Below are positions 28,140 to 41,970 of a DNA stretch of 64,000 bases, one piece after another. The position numbers were made by a program, and so were the translations under genes. Every line of letters begins with the position of its first letter. Within the stretch, counting starts at the first letter, position 1. The stretch spans positions 162,068,001 to 162,132,000 of the forward strand of contig NC_043000.1 of the NCBI RefSeq assembly GCF_006345805.1, given 5' to 3'. This DNA comes from Octopus sinensis (Eukaryota). The notes beneath the pieces were generated by a model. It made no database searches, was not told the origin of the DNA, and worked only from the letters and a program-made list of their open reading frames with translations.

Positions 28140-28510
28140 AGAACTGGTTGTGTTGTAAGTAGCTTGCTTACCAACCACATGGTTCTAGGTTCATTCCTAC
28201 TACGTGGCACCTTGAGCCGACCAAAGCTTTGTCAGTGGATTTAGTAGACAGAAAGTGAAAGAAGCCCGTCGTATATATGTATATATATGTATGTGTGTCT
28301 GTGTTTGGCCCCCTCCCACCAACACCGCTTGACAACTGATGGTGGTGTGCTTGCATCACCGTAACTTAGCGGTTCGGCAAAAGAGACCGATGGAATAAGT
28401 AGTGGGCTTACAAAGAATAAGTCCTGGGGTCGATTTGCTGGACTAAAGGCCGTGCTCCAGTATGGCCGCAGTCAAATGACTGAAACAAGTAAAAGAGTTA
28501 AAAGAGAGTA
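28140..28510 (+). mobile_element. SINE family 2
   Basis: Matches 9744-10172 with a short internal deletion. Confidence 0.88.
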
Positions 28511-29456
28511 AGCCATAAATTTACCTGTTTCTTTTTTTTTCTTTGTTTTATTCTATATTAATAAAAGCGAAATTCTGTCTGTCCGTCTGGAACCCCTGTA
28601 TCTCAGTCTACACTTGCTCTACATAACCATTATACCTTCTTGGAATCAGGGTGATTCCCGGGATTGAAAGTCTGCCCTTCATTTGGTTCTTGAACATCCA
28701 GTATTCAGATCTGATTTAAAAGCATTTGGATTGCTATTTTTAGCAGGTAAAGCTTAGATGATCCACGCCATCTTAGTTGGTGTTTGTCACATGACGTCAG
28801 AGATCAAAGGGGAGATAAATGACATTAGCTTTGTTAATTTTACATCGAGATAAGAACTATGGAACAAATTGTCGAACAGTTGGAATTCAAATTTGGACTG
28901 GAACAATAGAATGATTGCATTACAGAATTAATTCTCATCCGTCCGTAACCTCTGATCAAAACCACCGGAGCATATAGTCATTATACAATATTATAGTCAT
29001 GTTATTAAGCTATCTATAGTTTTGGGTCGCAGGCCTAATTAGCCCCTCGCAAGAGCCAACTTGAAAGTCTGCATGGAGTGTGGCTTTTAAACTAGTAAAA
29101 GTCGTTAAAGAACCTTCGCTATATTCTCAGACAATAGCATTTCAGTTTTCGCCTCTTTTCAAACGGTGAAATATTTCTATTTCAGGGTGAAATGCAATCG
29201 CTCCAGGTTTTCTTTTCGAAACTGGTTCTTCATTTACGATAATGGATGGACACAAGACCTTTGCCAGACTTTTGGTAGCTGGAGATGCTTCAGAATGTTC
29301 TGTGTGGGTTCTAATTTGTAATAACACTAAAGTAGAGTAAATGTGAGGATGCACTATTGAAGAGTGATGGGGAAGTGCCGTGCAGTGCACCCCCTTAGCG
29401 ACAGGCATGGGTGGCCAACATAAGTATATAAATATATATTTAAGATAATCAAGCAC

Positions 29457-29870
29457 TCTCTTTACTTTTTTTTATACTTGTTTCAGTCATTTGACTGCGG
29501 CCATGCTGGAGCACCACCTTTAGTCGAGCAAATCGACCCCGGGACTTATTCTTTGTAAGCCCAGTACTTATTCTATCGGTCTCTTTTTGCCGAACCGCTA
29601 GGTTACGGGGACGTAAACACACCAGCATCGGTTGTCAATCGATGGTGGGGAGACAAACATAGACACACAAACATATATACACACACATACATATATATAT
29701 ATATACATACGACAGGCTTCTTTCAGTTTCCGTCTACCAAATCCACTCACAATGCATTGGTCGGCCCGAGGCTATAGCAGAAGACACTTGCCCAAGATGC
29801 CACGCAGTGGGACTGAACCCGGAACCATGTGGTTGGTAAGCAAGCTACTTACCACACAGCCACTCCTGCA
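29457..29870 (-). mobile_element. SINE family 2
   Basis: Full-length reverse complement copy. Confidence 0.9.
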
Positions 29871-30040
29871 CCTAGGTACTGTTCTTTACAACTTGAATGT
29901 AAATAATTACGGAGAAGCGTTGGCTGCTAGAAAAGGCTCTTAGAAAATAAAATGAAACAAAATGTGCCGAACAATCGGATCTGCCGGATTACTGGATACC
30001 AAATTAACAAACCTTTATTGTATAACGATAATTTACTTAC

Positions 30041-30143
30041 GAAGAAGTATCAACACGGCCGATATCCACATAATAATCCAAGAATTTTCCACCTAAGAGG
30101 TATCCAAATGCTGGCCCAATGATGGACATCGTATAGAAGATAC
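30041..30143 (-). CDS. SLCO4A1-like: SLCO/OATP exon (not in ORF track)
   Basis: ttttgtccAG|GT ATC TTC TAT...TCT TC|GTaagt; translates (G)IFYTMSIIGPAFGYLLGGKFLDYYVDIGRVDTS, the conserved OATP GPAxGYxLGG helix; 103 nt, phase 1 to 2, compatible with both neighbours. Confidence 0.93.
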
Positions 30144-30529
30144 CTGGACAAAAAAGAGAGGAAAATATTTTAATTACACAAGAGTTATTTATGGTAAAAT
30201 ATTTCTGTTTTCATCTATAGTTAAATATAAAAACAAATTCCTGTGACCATACGATACCCTTTATTCGAAAGTTGACAGTAAATCAGAGGAAATTTGGGCA
30301 AATAGAGGATAACAAACAGATAACATGTAAAATAAATTGATTTGCTGTAATGAGTCTTACCGTTTTATTTATCCAAGAAGTAAAAAAAATTCCATTATTG
30401 AATCGTTGTGAACATGCATGGAGCGTAGTTGATTAAACAGAGACATTGGTTAGTGTAGGAAAAACAATTATAAGGAAATCGTAATGAGTAGAGTTATACT
30501 ATGAAAGGTTTTTGACTAGCTAGACATAT

Positions 30530-30908
30530 TACTCTTTTACTTGTTTCAGTCATTTGACTGCGGCCATGCTGGAGCACCACCTTTAGTCAAGCAAATCGAC
30601 CCCGGGACTTATTCTTTCTAAGCCCAGTACTTATTCTATCGGTCTGTTTTTGCCGAACCGCTAGGTGACGGGGACGTAAACACACCAGCATCGGTTGGGG
30701 GGACAAACACAGACACACAAACATATACACACACATACATATATACGACGGCTTCTTTCAGTTTCCGTCTACCAAATCCACTCACAGGGCATTGGTCGGC
30801 CCGAGGCTATAGCAGAAGACACTTGCCCAAGATGCCACGCAGTGGGACTGAACCCGGAACCGTGTGGTTGGTAAGGAAGCTACTTACCACTCAGCCACTC
30901 CTGCGCCT
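30530..30908 (-). mobile_element. SINE family 2
   Basis: Full-length copy, very similar to 29457-29870. Confidence 0.9.
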
Positions 30909-31418
30909 ATATGCATCCAGTATGTTTAAATTTGATTAATGAATAGAGAAGAAATGCTTTTATATATAAATACCCCGGAGTAATATGTATCCCCACTTAA
31001 ACGTGGATGTTCTATTTGAATAAACTATAATGCGGTAGTTACCATAAGAAAAACTCTCATATAAGCTTTTGGTACAAAATGCTGTCTCGTTTATACCGAT
31101 AGCGGGAAGATAAATCCCCACCTCCAATGAGGTGTCCACCAAATCACGTAATTTCGACCTTGTTTGGTCTCGTAAATGATGGACGCTCAACCGCTGGAAA
31201 TAGTAGCCATTCATCTTCTCGCCAGCGATATATAGAATAACATTTATGTATGTTAGAGTAGTCTCAACTAAAAACAGAAGCCTCCAATTAATCTTATTCT
31301 ACAATATATATTAATTTGAGGTTATGAATTCATTAAAACTAAAAGAAAAGAACGTTTGAGTTAAAAGAGACGTAGTCCTGTTAACCAGCATTAGTTTTAC
31401 TTAACTGAACTAGTTCTG

Positions 31419-31457
<39 letters not shown>

Positions 31458-32154
31458 TTGAAAGTTTAAATCCTGGTAAATAGTAGGGGGTTAAGCATAT
31501 ACATAAACACGCATATACACAACTCCCCCTTCACATATACATGTGTGCAGTGTGCTCTTGGAACAAAGAAAAAGTACTTAATACACTGAAATTTTATTTA
31601 TTTGTGTATATGATGTACCAAAGTTCACTTCGTCACTATTTCTAAAAAGTAAAAAATTAAAAGAAAAGAAAAGAAAAATTAGGACAAAAACTAAAACAAA
31701 CAAATATGAGACACGATGCTTAGAGTGAAACTGCGGTCACAGACCAGAAAAGACGCGCTCACACGAGAGAGAGAGAGAGAGACTGGGGAGCAGAGGTAAA
31801 TGAGAGTGTGTATATAAGGGACACGGATGGTCGGCTCAAAAGGGAACTAGACACTTTAATTGAGGTGATGGAGTTGTTTCTGTCCTGCATTTGTACTGAG
31901 ATGTGTCCATGACAACTTGCAACAGCTCAGTTAACTTACACTTAAGTAGGTACGAAAGGGACAGGGCAATGTACTGAGTACCACACGCAAAAGAAAAAGA
32001 TATTAAAAATTATTTTTAAATAGCTGTCATTTCCGACCCCATCGTGGTGGGGGAAAGAGAGGCAATTATAAAGGGCTTTCAATGAGGACAATTTAAAGAA
32101 ATTAAGAACTATTTTCCTGAAGATAACTTTCAAGCTTGACCTCTACATTGTATA

Positions 32155-32754
32155 TATTTCCTTACTGCCCACAAGGGGCTAAACATAGAGGGGACAAACA
32201 ATGACAGACAAACGGATTAAGTCGATTAAAATCGACCCCAGCGCGAAACTGGTACTTTATCGACCCCGAAAGGATGAAAGGCAAAGTCGACCTCGGCGGA
32301 ATTTGAACTCACAACGTAACGACAGACGAAATACCTATTTCTTTATTACCTACAAGGGGCTAAACACAGAGGGGACAAGTAAGGACAGACATAGGTATTA
32401 AGTCGATTACATCGACCCCAGTGCGTAACTGGTACTTAATTTATCGACCCCGAAAGGATGAAAGGCAAAGTCGACCTCGGCGGAATTTGAACTCAGAACG
32501 TAACGACAGACAAAATACCTATTTCTTTATTACCCACAAGGGGCTAAACACAGAGGGGACAAACAAGGACAGACATAGGTATTAAGTCGATTACATCGAC
32601 CCCAGTGCGTAACTGGTACTTAATTTATCGACCCCGAAAGGATGAAAGGCAAAGTCGACCTCGGCGGAATTTGAACTCACAACGTAACGGCAGACGAAAT
32701 AGCGCTAAGCATTTCGCCCAGCGTGCTAACGTTTCTGCCAGCTCGTCACCTGAT
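32155..32754 (-). mobile_element. SINE family 1 trimer with single 14-bp TSD
   Basis: Three ~180-bp body units and one head; ctctacattgtata at 32141-32154 and 32755-32768. Confidence 0.92.
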
Positions 32755-33389
32755 CTCTACATTGTATAAGCTACTGAAGCCAGCAGTGGTAAGATTTTTT
32801 GCATACAGAAACGAATATTTTGGGGTTAGGGTAATTTGCATAAATAATACTAGAAAAATCAAATCAAATAGGTCAATGACACAAATTTGGATAATTAAGT
32901 TAAAGTGTAATAATTAAGTTAAAGGGTGGATTATGAAGGCAAATTGTGAAATAGTTCCCAGTTGTAAACAACATGAGAAACTTAATTCGACAATTTTTTA
33001 ATTAACTGTTCTAAAGTTTACTTTATTCTTTAAGGACGGCAGAGGGAATGGAGGATGTGGATGGTGTTAATTTGTGCTATAATGTCGTAGGATAAACAGT
33101 CTAACGATGGATGCCTCTCCACTTGGAAAATGATAGGACCCATCGTCGAAGGAAGTGAAACATAGATAAAACAAATACAAACATGTACGTGAACACACGC
33201 ATCATATATTAGAGAGAAGCAGGAGAGGGAAGGAAGAAAATGATGGGGTCAAGATCAAAACGTTGTTGTTCTTGTGAACAAGACAGAGTGGCATGTCTCC
33301 ATATTTCTACAAAGAGAAACGTTAAAGAGTTACGTGTTGTTTCAAGTAAAAGAGAGAGAGAGGTATTTCAGTAAAACATAATGTATTAT

Positions 33390-35397
33390 TCTAAAAAATT
33401 AGAAGAACTATCATAAGTAGCCTCTGATCGCACACATTTATTAAACAGACTGAGCCGGAGAAACATAACTCATGAGATATATTTAGTGCAAAACTATCCG
33501 TATCGCATAATCTACTGCATATGTGTATTTTCGCGTGTTTGTTTGTGGCGTTGTTAGCTAACTCCTCCGACAGCGTTTTATTGATTTTGATGAAACTTGA
33601 CACGTGAGTAGAACTCATGTCTGGAAACCTCGTGACATACTTAGATTGTTGAAAAAAATTCAATAATAGGTCCCTGGAAGGGATCTTTATATCTACCTTA
33701 TATAACTAATCTTTTTTTTAAGCACCCGAGGAAAAAAACCCATAGCACTTGCACAATATTTTTAACACTCAAGGGAAATAACCCGTAGCACCTGCACTTA
33801 CAGTTGTTAGTTTTTAGCGAAGCGATCAATATTTCATTTTCATGATCAGCGGACCTAATTCTGTATTTCGCTACTCACAGTTTTGAACTGCTAGACCTTA
33901 TTATTGCACTTTCTTGATGCATGTACACTTTCAGTACCCATAATTCTGATAATTCTGGATTTTTCCAGTTAAAAATTTTTGATGACACTAAATAAATTTT
34001 TGATTCCAAAACGTATTTAATAAGTTCATTTAATACAATGAGCTCATACCTTGAATGCTTAAAATTCTTAAAAAACGAAACCAAACTTCCGCACCACATT
34101 CAGTTGGGACACCCTGAATCACATACGTATTTTACAAATAATATTTATTGCTTATTTACAGTTCATACAACATTTTGATGGAACTGATTGAGGCACCGAA
34201 TTCAGAAATATTTTACAGGTTTCATTATTTATGTTCGATTACTTAGAATATCGATTTTTTTTGTGTGTCAAATTTCTTTATTTTTGCAGACAATATCACT
34301 TTTATATTTTATTTGATATGTTAGTAGAACTAATGTCTGGAAACCTCGCAACGTACTTAGATTGTGGGAAAAAAATCTATAATAGGCCCCTTCCAATGGA
34401 TCCTTCTATCTACTACATATTACAAATATATTTTTAAACAACCCAAGGGTAATAATCCATACCACCCGCAGTTTTTAGCGAAGCGATCAATATTTGATTC
34501 TCACGATCAGCCAACCTAATTCTGCATTTTCCTACGAAATTTTGAACTGCTAAACATTATTATTGCACTTCCTTGATTTCAATCTTAAACCTTAAAGACT
34601 TCATTCATACATTTCTATAGATACATACTTCTTTGAATACCCATTACTCCGATAATTTTGCATTTTTACAGTTACACTTTTTTCATGGCAGCAGATAATT
34701 TTTTTTATTCCACAACATATTTGTAGTGGTTTCTTGCAAGCATAGCGTGGATTCGATCCTCGATTGCCAAATTTCACTTAACACTTCAACAGTGCTTTTT
34801 TCCCGGTAAAACAGTTTTTCTGTGAATGACAGCAGTTATACATTTCCCAGATGCCTTCGCTAAGCAGAATAATGCCTTTGCCACTTGACCCTTCTAGGCC
34901 ACCAGGGGCTGGAATGGAGATAACAGACCTCCAACGAAATCATTTGTTCTCAACAATATGTCTATCCTTCAGGCTGCTTTTCGTTAGTTATAAAATCAAG
35001 AACTCCGTAAGCTAAAGGCAGTTACTGAGAGCGACCATCAGTGAGTGTGAACGTTATTATTGCAATTTTTTCATTTCATTCTTAAACATCAAACACCTCA
35101 TTTATATATTTATATACATATCTACTACTTTTATATATTATCTTTAATAAATTAGCCTTCATAAAGTTCACCTTTAAAACGCCACGTGTCAGAGTACTTT
35201 CTCGCAAACCTCCGAAAACCTCTGCCGCCAACCTCAAACAATCTCTCTCTCCTCCAGCTGACAGTTTATTGTACTTTTTCCCGACGGAAAATACACCTTT
35301 TGTGGAAGTTATAACGAAATTGCTTTCTCATATCAGAGTAATAAGGCGTTTCAAAAGAACATCTTTACCCCCGGGAATTACCAGGTACACCAGCTAG
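33390..35397 (+). mobile_element. Larger non-autonomous Helitron with internal duplications
   Basis: 3' cccgggaattaccaggtacaccagCTAG-t; internal tgatgaaacttgacac shared with 7831-8156; duplicated blocks about 33590-33980 and 34310-34700. The 5' boundary is approximate. Confidence 0.6.
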
Positions 35398-36744
35398 TAG
35401 TAGAAATAAAGACAAAGTGAGTAACAAAGAGGAAATAGTCCCTTGCAATCAACCTGTACTCAGCAGTATAGTAGGCTTCGCAAAAGTAGAACACCAAAGG
35501 TATAGTGAATGTCAGTCGCTAAGCTATTCCACACATGTCGAATGGAAAACAACTGTTACGGATAATTAGTGTATTGTTGAATAGACATAGTCAGGTCATC
35601 TCAATCTGAAATTCAACAGCTTTCTTATGTAATAGCTATCTTGCTGATATACCAACATGTTTGCTCATAAATATCTGCATATCAGATAACTTATCAGGCT
35701 TTGGAAGTTCTGTGTTTCGTGACAGCAAGTGTTAGAAGCATTCGAATCTGTTAAATGTCTTACGTCGCTCATTAGTGTTATTTGTTCAGCACTAATATAT
35801 TAATTCATTTTTTTTTTTGCAATAACAGTATCTGTGAATTTAGACCTGCGCACACAAACATCTTTACAGATATCAACATCAGTGGCACACGTGAAAATAT
35901 GACGTCATGTCCATATTTGTATACGTGTTTAGTTATAAAAAGCCAAGAAACTGAGAAACAACACTGGCCGCCCCGGTTTGACCGATATCATTTAAACTAT
36001 TCAATCACGTCTCGCTGAATGCTCACGTAATGATTATTCTAATCTGTTCACTATTTATTTTACAAATCATTCTACGCCAAAAATAGATTGTCAGTCACCC
36101 TACACGTATGGTCTTGGTTTTAAAAGATGATAGAATGGCGATGATGAAGGGCAGTTCAAAGGTTACGGTGACTACATTAAACTCCTTTCGGTTTTGTTAG
36201 TAATTCAATGTTGAGAGAGAATTCGCTCACATGAAAATTGATTAATAACTTGAATGAATGAATAAAGCTAATTTTGAATCATTCATATTTCTGATTTTTG
36301 AAAAATATTAGGGAAAACAAGAGAAAGTAATATAAAACTGTCGAAGGAAAACTAATTAAAATCATTGTACGCAACAGTGACAAACCATTTATACAGGAAA
36401 TACGAGCTAATCATATCTATAGGCCAGCAATTAGCGGTTAAAAAATAAACAAACAAATAGAGTGTTGTTAAAATGTGGAAATAGTATTGGACATTGGCAG
36501 CTTTTGGAAATATTAGACTATAAAGCATTTGTTAGATTCCTGACCCAGCAATTCTGCTTACCTTTCGGACTTACGTTTTCTGACCAGTGTCTATAAAATT
36601 TTTTAAAGGGTGCGTTTCACAATGCTGACTTCCAGAACCATTTCTGAAAAGCCGAAATGTGTTGTACTGATCCAATGGATTATTAAGGACTACGCCACTA
36701 AGGAAGGAAGACTTTTTTTTAATATTTATCTACTATTATTAAGA

Positions 36745-37165
36745 AGCCAGCGAGCTGGCAGAATCGTTAACACACCGGGCACATGCTTAGCGGTATTTCG
36801 TCTATCCTTACATTCCGAGTTCAAATTCCGCCGAGATCGATTTTGCCTTTCATCCTTTTGGGGTCAATGACATAAGTACCAGTTACACACTGAGGTCGAT
36901 GTAATCGACTATACTAAACCTGAAGCCTATAATAAAAAGGATTATTACTAAGGTGGAGAACTGGCAGAAACGTTAGCACGCCGGGCAAAATGCTAAGCGG
37001 CATTTCAGCCATCTTTACGCTCCGAGTTCAAATGCCGTCAAGGTTGACTTTACTTTTTATCTTTTCGGGGTCGATGAAAGAAGCACCAATGGAACATCGG
37101 GATCGATGAAATCGACTAAATCCGTCCCCCAAAATTTCAGGTTTTGTGCGTATAGTTGAACGGAT
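36745..37165 (+). mobile_element. Two diverged SINE family 1 copies in tandem
   Basis: Heads at about 36745 and 36950 with degenerate core and different tail. Confidence 0.75.
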
Positions 37166-38519
37166 TATCATCACCATCATAATCATCGGGAGAGTAGAAT
37201 AGCCGAAACAACATAATCTTCTCTTATTGCTTTACGAGTTCTAGCCAGTCGGCGTTGCCTGTCTTTCATTCCCGCTAGAATCGATAAGATGTAGCCAAGT
37301 AATAAAATCTCTTTAGTCCCCTATATTTATTTATGTAACAGTCAAAGTGTATATCAATACCAATACGTTATCTAACCCGAAGAGCATCGTTTTATGTGAA
37401 AATTTCTACTACCGTCTTTCGAACCATTGCATTTCCGATAATACAAGTTATTCGACGGAACGCCTCTCGTTCCATCTGAGAACCCATTTATTCAACAGGA
37501 CATCTGTCGTTCCAACCGATAACACACTCTTCTATAGAAGCACTCTTCATTCAAGCTGTCCGTTAGTTAATATTCCATCATTGATTTCGCAGTGGTTTAC
37601 CAGAGCTAAATGCAAATAAATGTGTATTATGACTACAAAAAGACTCCATTGGTATCCCTTTATCTTCGGAGTAAGCTTGATTTCTTAAAATCACTTCACC
37701 TACAGCTGATGTTAATAATAATCTCAATATTAACAGCATTTGTATCGTAAATGTTTAGGGGTTTTTTGTCTTCTTTTGTACGTTTTTTTTTAACCGGCTG
37801 ACAGTTTATGATTAGTAATATGCGTCATTCAATGACTAATCTATTGATTTCAGAGACAGAATTAGTAGTTGTTTGTGATGTTGATGCCTTTCTAAATGCC
37901 AGTCATTAACAGAATAAGTGAAATAGCTACTATCAGAAATCGAACCAACATTGCAGAGTTGACCGTCTGTTACGCAGTACTTGCTACGTTGTAATACCGT
38001 TATTTTATTTTGGCTATCGATGAGGGTGAAAATTCATTGAAACCAGATATGTCAGGAACTCAGAATGAAAAAGGACGAGAAGATTAAGTCGAGATGTCCC
38101 CATTTCAGCCAGCTGTCCTCTCAGGTATAACATGTTTAAAGCAAACAATAGAGTTTATTAATGATAACACTGCGGACATAATGACAGACTATTCATTTAT
38201 TGAACTGAATTGTTCCATATGACAACCCGAAGAACAGTCTGATACTGCTTTCATATCGCTGACTGACGTAAGGTAATCAAAGGCAATTTGCATACGAGAT
38301 ACCCCCCCCCACTACCGCCTCTCTCTCTCTTTCAGTTGATGTGAGTTTTTCATTGATATTGAAGCTCGACTACTTATAATTGTCAGCATTTAAGCGTCAC
38401 TTATTGTAGTCTTATCATGTCAGGATATGTTTCTCGATTATGTCAAACAGTCGCTTTATTACTCATCGCAGTCAGTGGATTGGCATAATCGTTAGATTGT
38501 CGATTAGTAGGCTTTGTTA

Positions 38520-38972
38520 AAGGCGGCGAGCTGGCAGAAACGTTAGCGCGTCGGACGAAATGCTTAGCGCTATTTCATCTGTCGGTTACGTTGTGAGTTC
38601 AGTTACATTGTGAGTTCAGTTACGTTGTGAGTTCAAATTCCGCCGAGGTCGACTTTGCCTTTCATCCTTTCGGGGTCGATAAATTAAGTACCAGTTACGC
38701 ACTGGGGTCGATGTAATCGCCTTAATACCTATGTCTGTCCTTGTTTGTCCCCCTCTGTGTTTAGCCCCTTGTGGGTAATAAAGAAATAGGTATTTCATCT
38801 GTCGTTACGTTGTGAGTTCCAATTCCGCCGAGGTCGACTTTGCCTTTCATCCCTTCAGGGTCAATAAATTAAGTACCAGTTACGCACTGGGGTCGATATA
38901 ATCGACGTAATCCATTTGTCTGTCCTTGTTTGTCCTCTCTGTGTTTAGCCCCTTGTGGGTAGTAAAAAGAAA
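38520..38972 (+). mobile_element. SINE family 1 dimer, nested in an older degenerate copy
   Basis: TSD tagtaggctttgtta (38505-38519) / tagtaagctttgtta (38973-38987); short internal triplication of gttacgttgtgagttca. Confidence 0.88.
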
Positions 38973-39431
38973 TAGTAAGCTTTGTTATATTCGTTCCAAC
39001 TCCCTGAATTGCGTGTTCAAATCCTGCCGAGATCAACTTTTTTTAAAATTTTTTATAAAATGCTAGTCCAGCAGCAGAGTAATTTTTCCTCTCCGGAAGA
39101 TCGAGCCTTTTACATTGTGTCACGCTGATTTCGTCTAAGAGTACTCATATCCGTGGAATACTCAGCCGCTTACACGATGAATTTCATGAGCAAAACTTAG
39201 GTTGATCGAACAAGAGAATCTTCATCATCGAGATCGATGAAGAATAAACAAAAACTTGGACCTATTTGCAACATCAATGAACGTTTTATTCACAGTTTCC
39301 TGAAAAAGCTCTTAGGCGCCTACGAGTATCTATGCTTCTCGTCTCCCTTCGATATTTATTAACGTATGTCCACAAGAGATATCTCAGAACAAATACCACA
39401 TTATCTGGCCAATCGACAGTGTATGTAAATT

Positions 39432-39470
<39 letters not shown>

Positions 39471-39714
39471 TAGCTGTTATGCAAAAGTGTAAGTCAAAAA
39501 CGTTACTTTTTCAGAAAACGAAAAAATAGTTTCACCATTGCAAAACTGTTATACTACACTTTGACAATTTTTTAATATCCTGGCATCTAAAGTAGCTGGA
39601 AATACGACAGTTTGACCAAAAGAACTGGCTATTGCAATCAAAAATAAATATTGAAAAAAAAAAAAGAACGCTTTTAGCCAAACTTGGACATACGACAATT
39701 TAACATAATACCAA

Positions 39715-39761
<47 letters not shown>

Positions 39762-41031
39762 GATACATAAGACGTCTGTTTTAAATGCCTAAATGTTTAA
39801 CCACAAGTAAGCTTTCAAGAGGCAGTTTCTTTGCTAATGTAGAGTGTGTAACTCGAATTGGCTGCTATCTTTTGCAGGCCAATCGACCACGTAGATACTT
39901 CGTTCCTGTGTGTTTCATCACCAACACTACATTTCATACACTAACAAGATTAACGAATTTTCTGTAAACATCGTTTACAGTTTTTTTGTTTGTTTGCTTG
40001 TTTTTATGTTGAGAGACCTCAATGGTTTCGTGTGTGATGTTCCTCTAGGGACAAACGGTCATGATTACTGGTATATCCAGCAATTGAGGCTGTCGATTAT
40101 TTAAAATAAATTTAAACGCTTGTAGCTTTAGAAGTTTTTTTTTTTAAATGCGAGTTTCATCATCAAAACTATAACAGAAAAATTTTTAAGTATAATTTGG
40201 TGAAATGTTGAGGAAAAAATCAAGTGGCAAGAAATATAACAAGATCCCTAAAAAATGTTAAGGCCTTTCTAGGCATACAGCGCCCTCATAATGCTCGCTT
40301 GACATTTAGTGTCACCTTGTATTCTTACAACGCTTCAAGGGGGTGCTAATTCTTAGAGTAAAAAACTGATTTTACATCTCCACTTAACAATAATTTTATA
40401 GATTTTAAGCGTAAAACAGGCGATACTAGAAAGTATAGATTAAGTGCAAATTGCTTCTCTCTACCATTTGTGCCACGTCTACTTGCATAAAGAAATCAAC
40501 AACAAATGCTAGAACTTTGTTAGTTTGTTAACCTTACATATTTGCTATATATATATATATATGTAGTACGTCTTCAAAGAAACTATAAATAACTATAAAT
40601 AAAATAGCTTGTCAGGGAGCGAGGCGTGGGTTGTGTGAGGAGGTAGTTTTAGGCGCTGGGGAGTTATGTACTGGGTAGGCATGCGCGTAAAGTAGGTATG
40701 TTTGGTTGTTTTCGAGGAGAGAGAGAGAGAACTATCTGCGAGTTATGTGCGTGGGGTGATGTGTGAGCACATGCGTCTACTGTCAGGACACCCAGAAATT
40801 GTGTTTTCATCTATCAGTTTAACTTGGCACCCTGCATTATAAAAGGGGGAAGCCTCTCGGCGACCGATCGACTTGCGTGTACTACAATCTTATAAAAGGA
40901 AGGACCCTCTGGATAATGCAGTCCCAGGTACATTAAGTCTCCACGACTAAAAGATATAATCGTTATGGCTGAACGTCTTTTATCATAACAAATACCTTAT
41001 TTTTTTATAGATAATTTTAAAATGTGAAACT

Positions 41032-41262
41032 ATATTTCTTTACTACCCACAAGGAGCTAAACAGAGGGGACAAACAAGGACAAACAAACGGATTAAGTCG
41101 ATTACATCGACCCCAGTGCGTAACTGGTACTTAATTTATTGACCCCGAAAGGATGGAAGGCAAAGTCGACCCCGGCGGAATTTGAACTCAGAACGTAACG
41201 GTAGACGAAATACGGCTACGCATTTCGACCGGCGTGCTAACGTTTCTGCCAGCTCGCCGCCT
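41032..41262 (-). mobile_element. SINE family 1 monomer
   Basis: Near identical to 9112-9342. Confidence 0.9.
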
Positions 41263-41584
41263 TATAGTGATATAAGTTATCTTGTTTCAGATTTGAAACA
41301 AAATATCGAGAATTATACAGTTAAACAAGCAGAACTAAATGGAGACATTGATTGAATAACGTAGCGTAACATTCTACTTGATTACACAAGTTTGATTCTT
41401 TTTCCTTTTTATAATTCACCTCGTTTGCTTTCCATGTGTTGACAATTATTTCTTTCTTTTTGCTTGCTTTATTGGAAAACGCAATAGTTGTTTCGCTTTT
41501 GTACTTCCCTTTACACGTAACTCAGATTTTAAAAAAATATAAATATAAGCATTCCAAATTTCTCTTTCTCTTTGAATATATATT

Positions 41585-41970
41585 TTTTACTTGTCTGTCA
41601 GTTTGACTGCGGCCATGCTGAAGCACCACCTTTAGTCGAACAAATCGACCCCAGGACAGTCTTTGTAAGGGCAGTACTTATTCTTTCGGTCTCTTTTACT
41701 GAATCGCTAAGTTACGGGAACGTAAACACACCAACATCGGTTGTCAAACGATGGTGGTGGGGGTCAAACAAAGACACACAAACATATATATATATATATA
41801 TATATATATACGACGGGCTTCTTTCACTTTCGGTCTAGCAAATCCACTCACAAGGCTTTGGTCGGCCCGAGGCTATAGATGACACTTGCCCAAGATTCCA
41901 CGCAGTTGGACTGAACCCGGAACCATGAAGTTGGGAATCAAACTTCTTACCACACAGTCACTCCGGCGCC
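41585..41970 (-). mobile_element. SINE family 2
   Basis: Full-length diverged copy. Confidence 0.85.
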
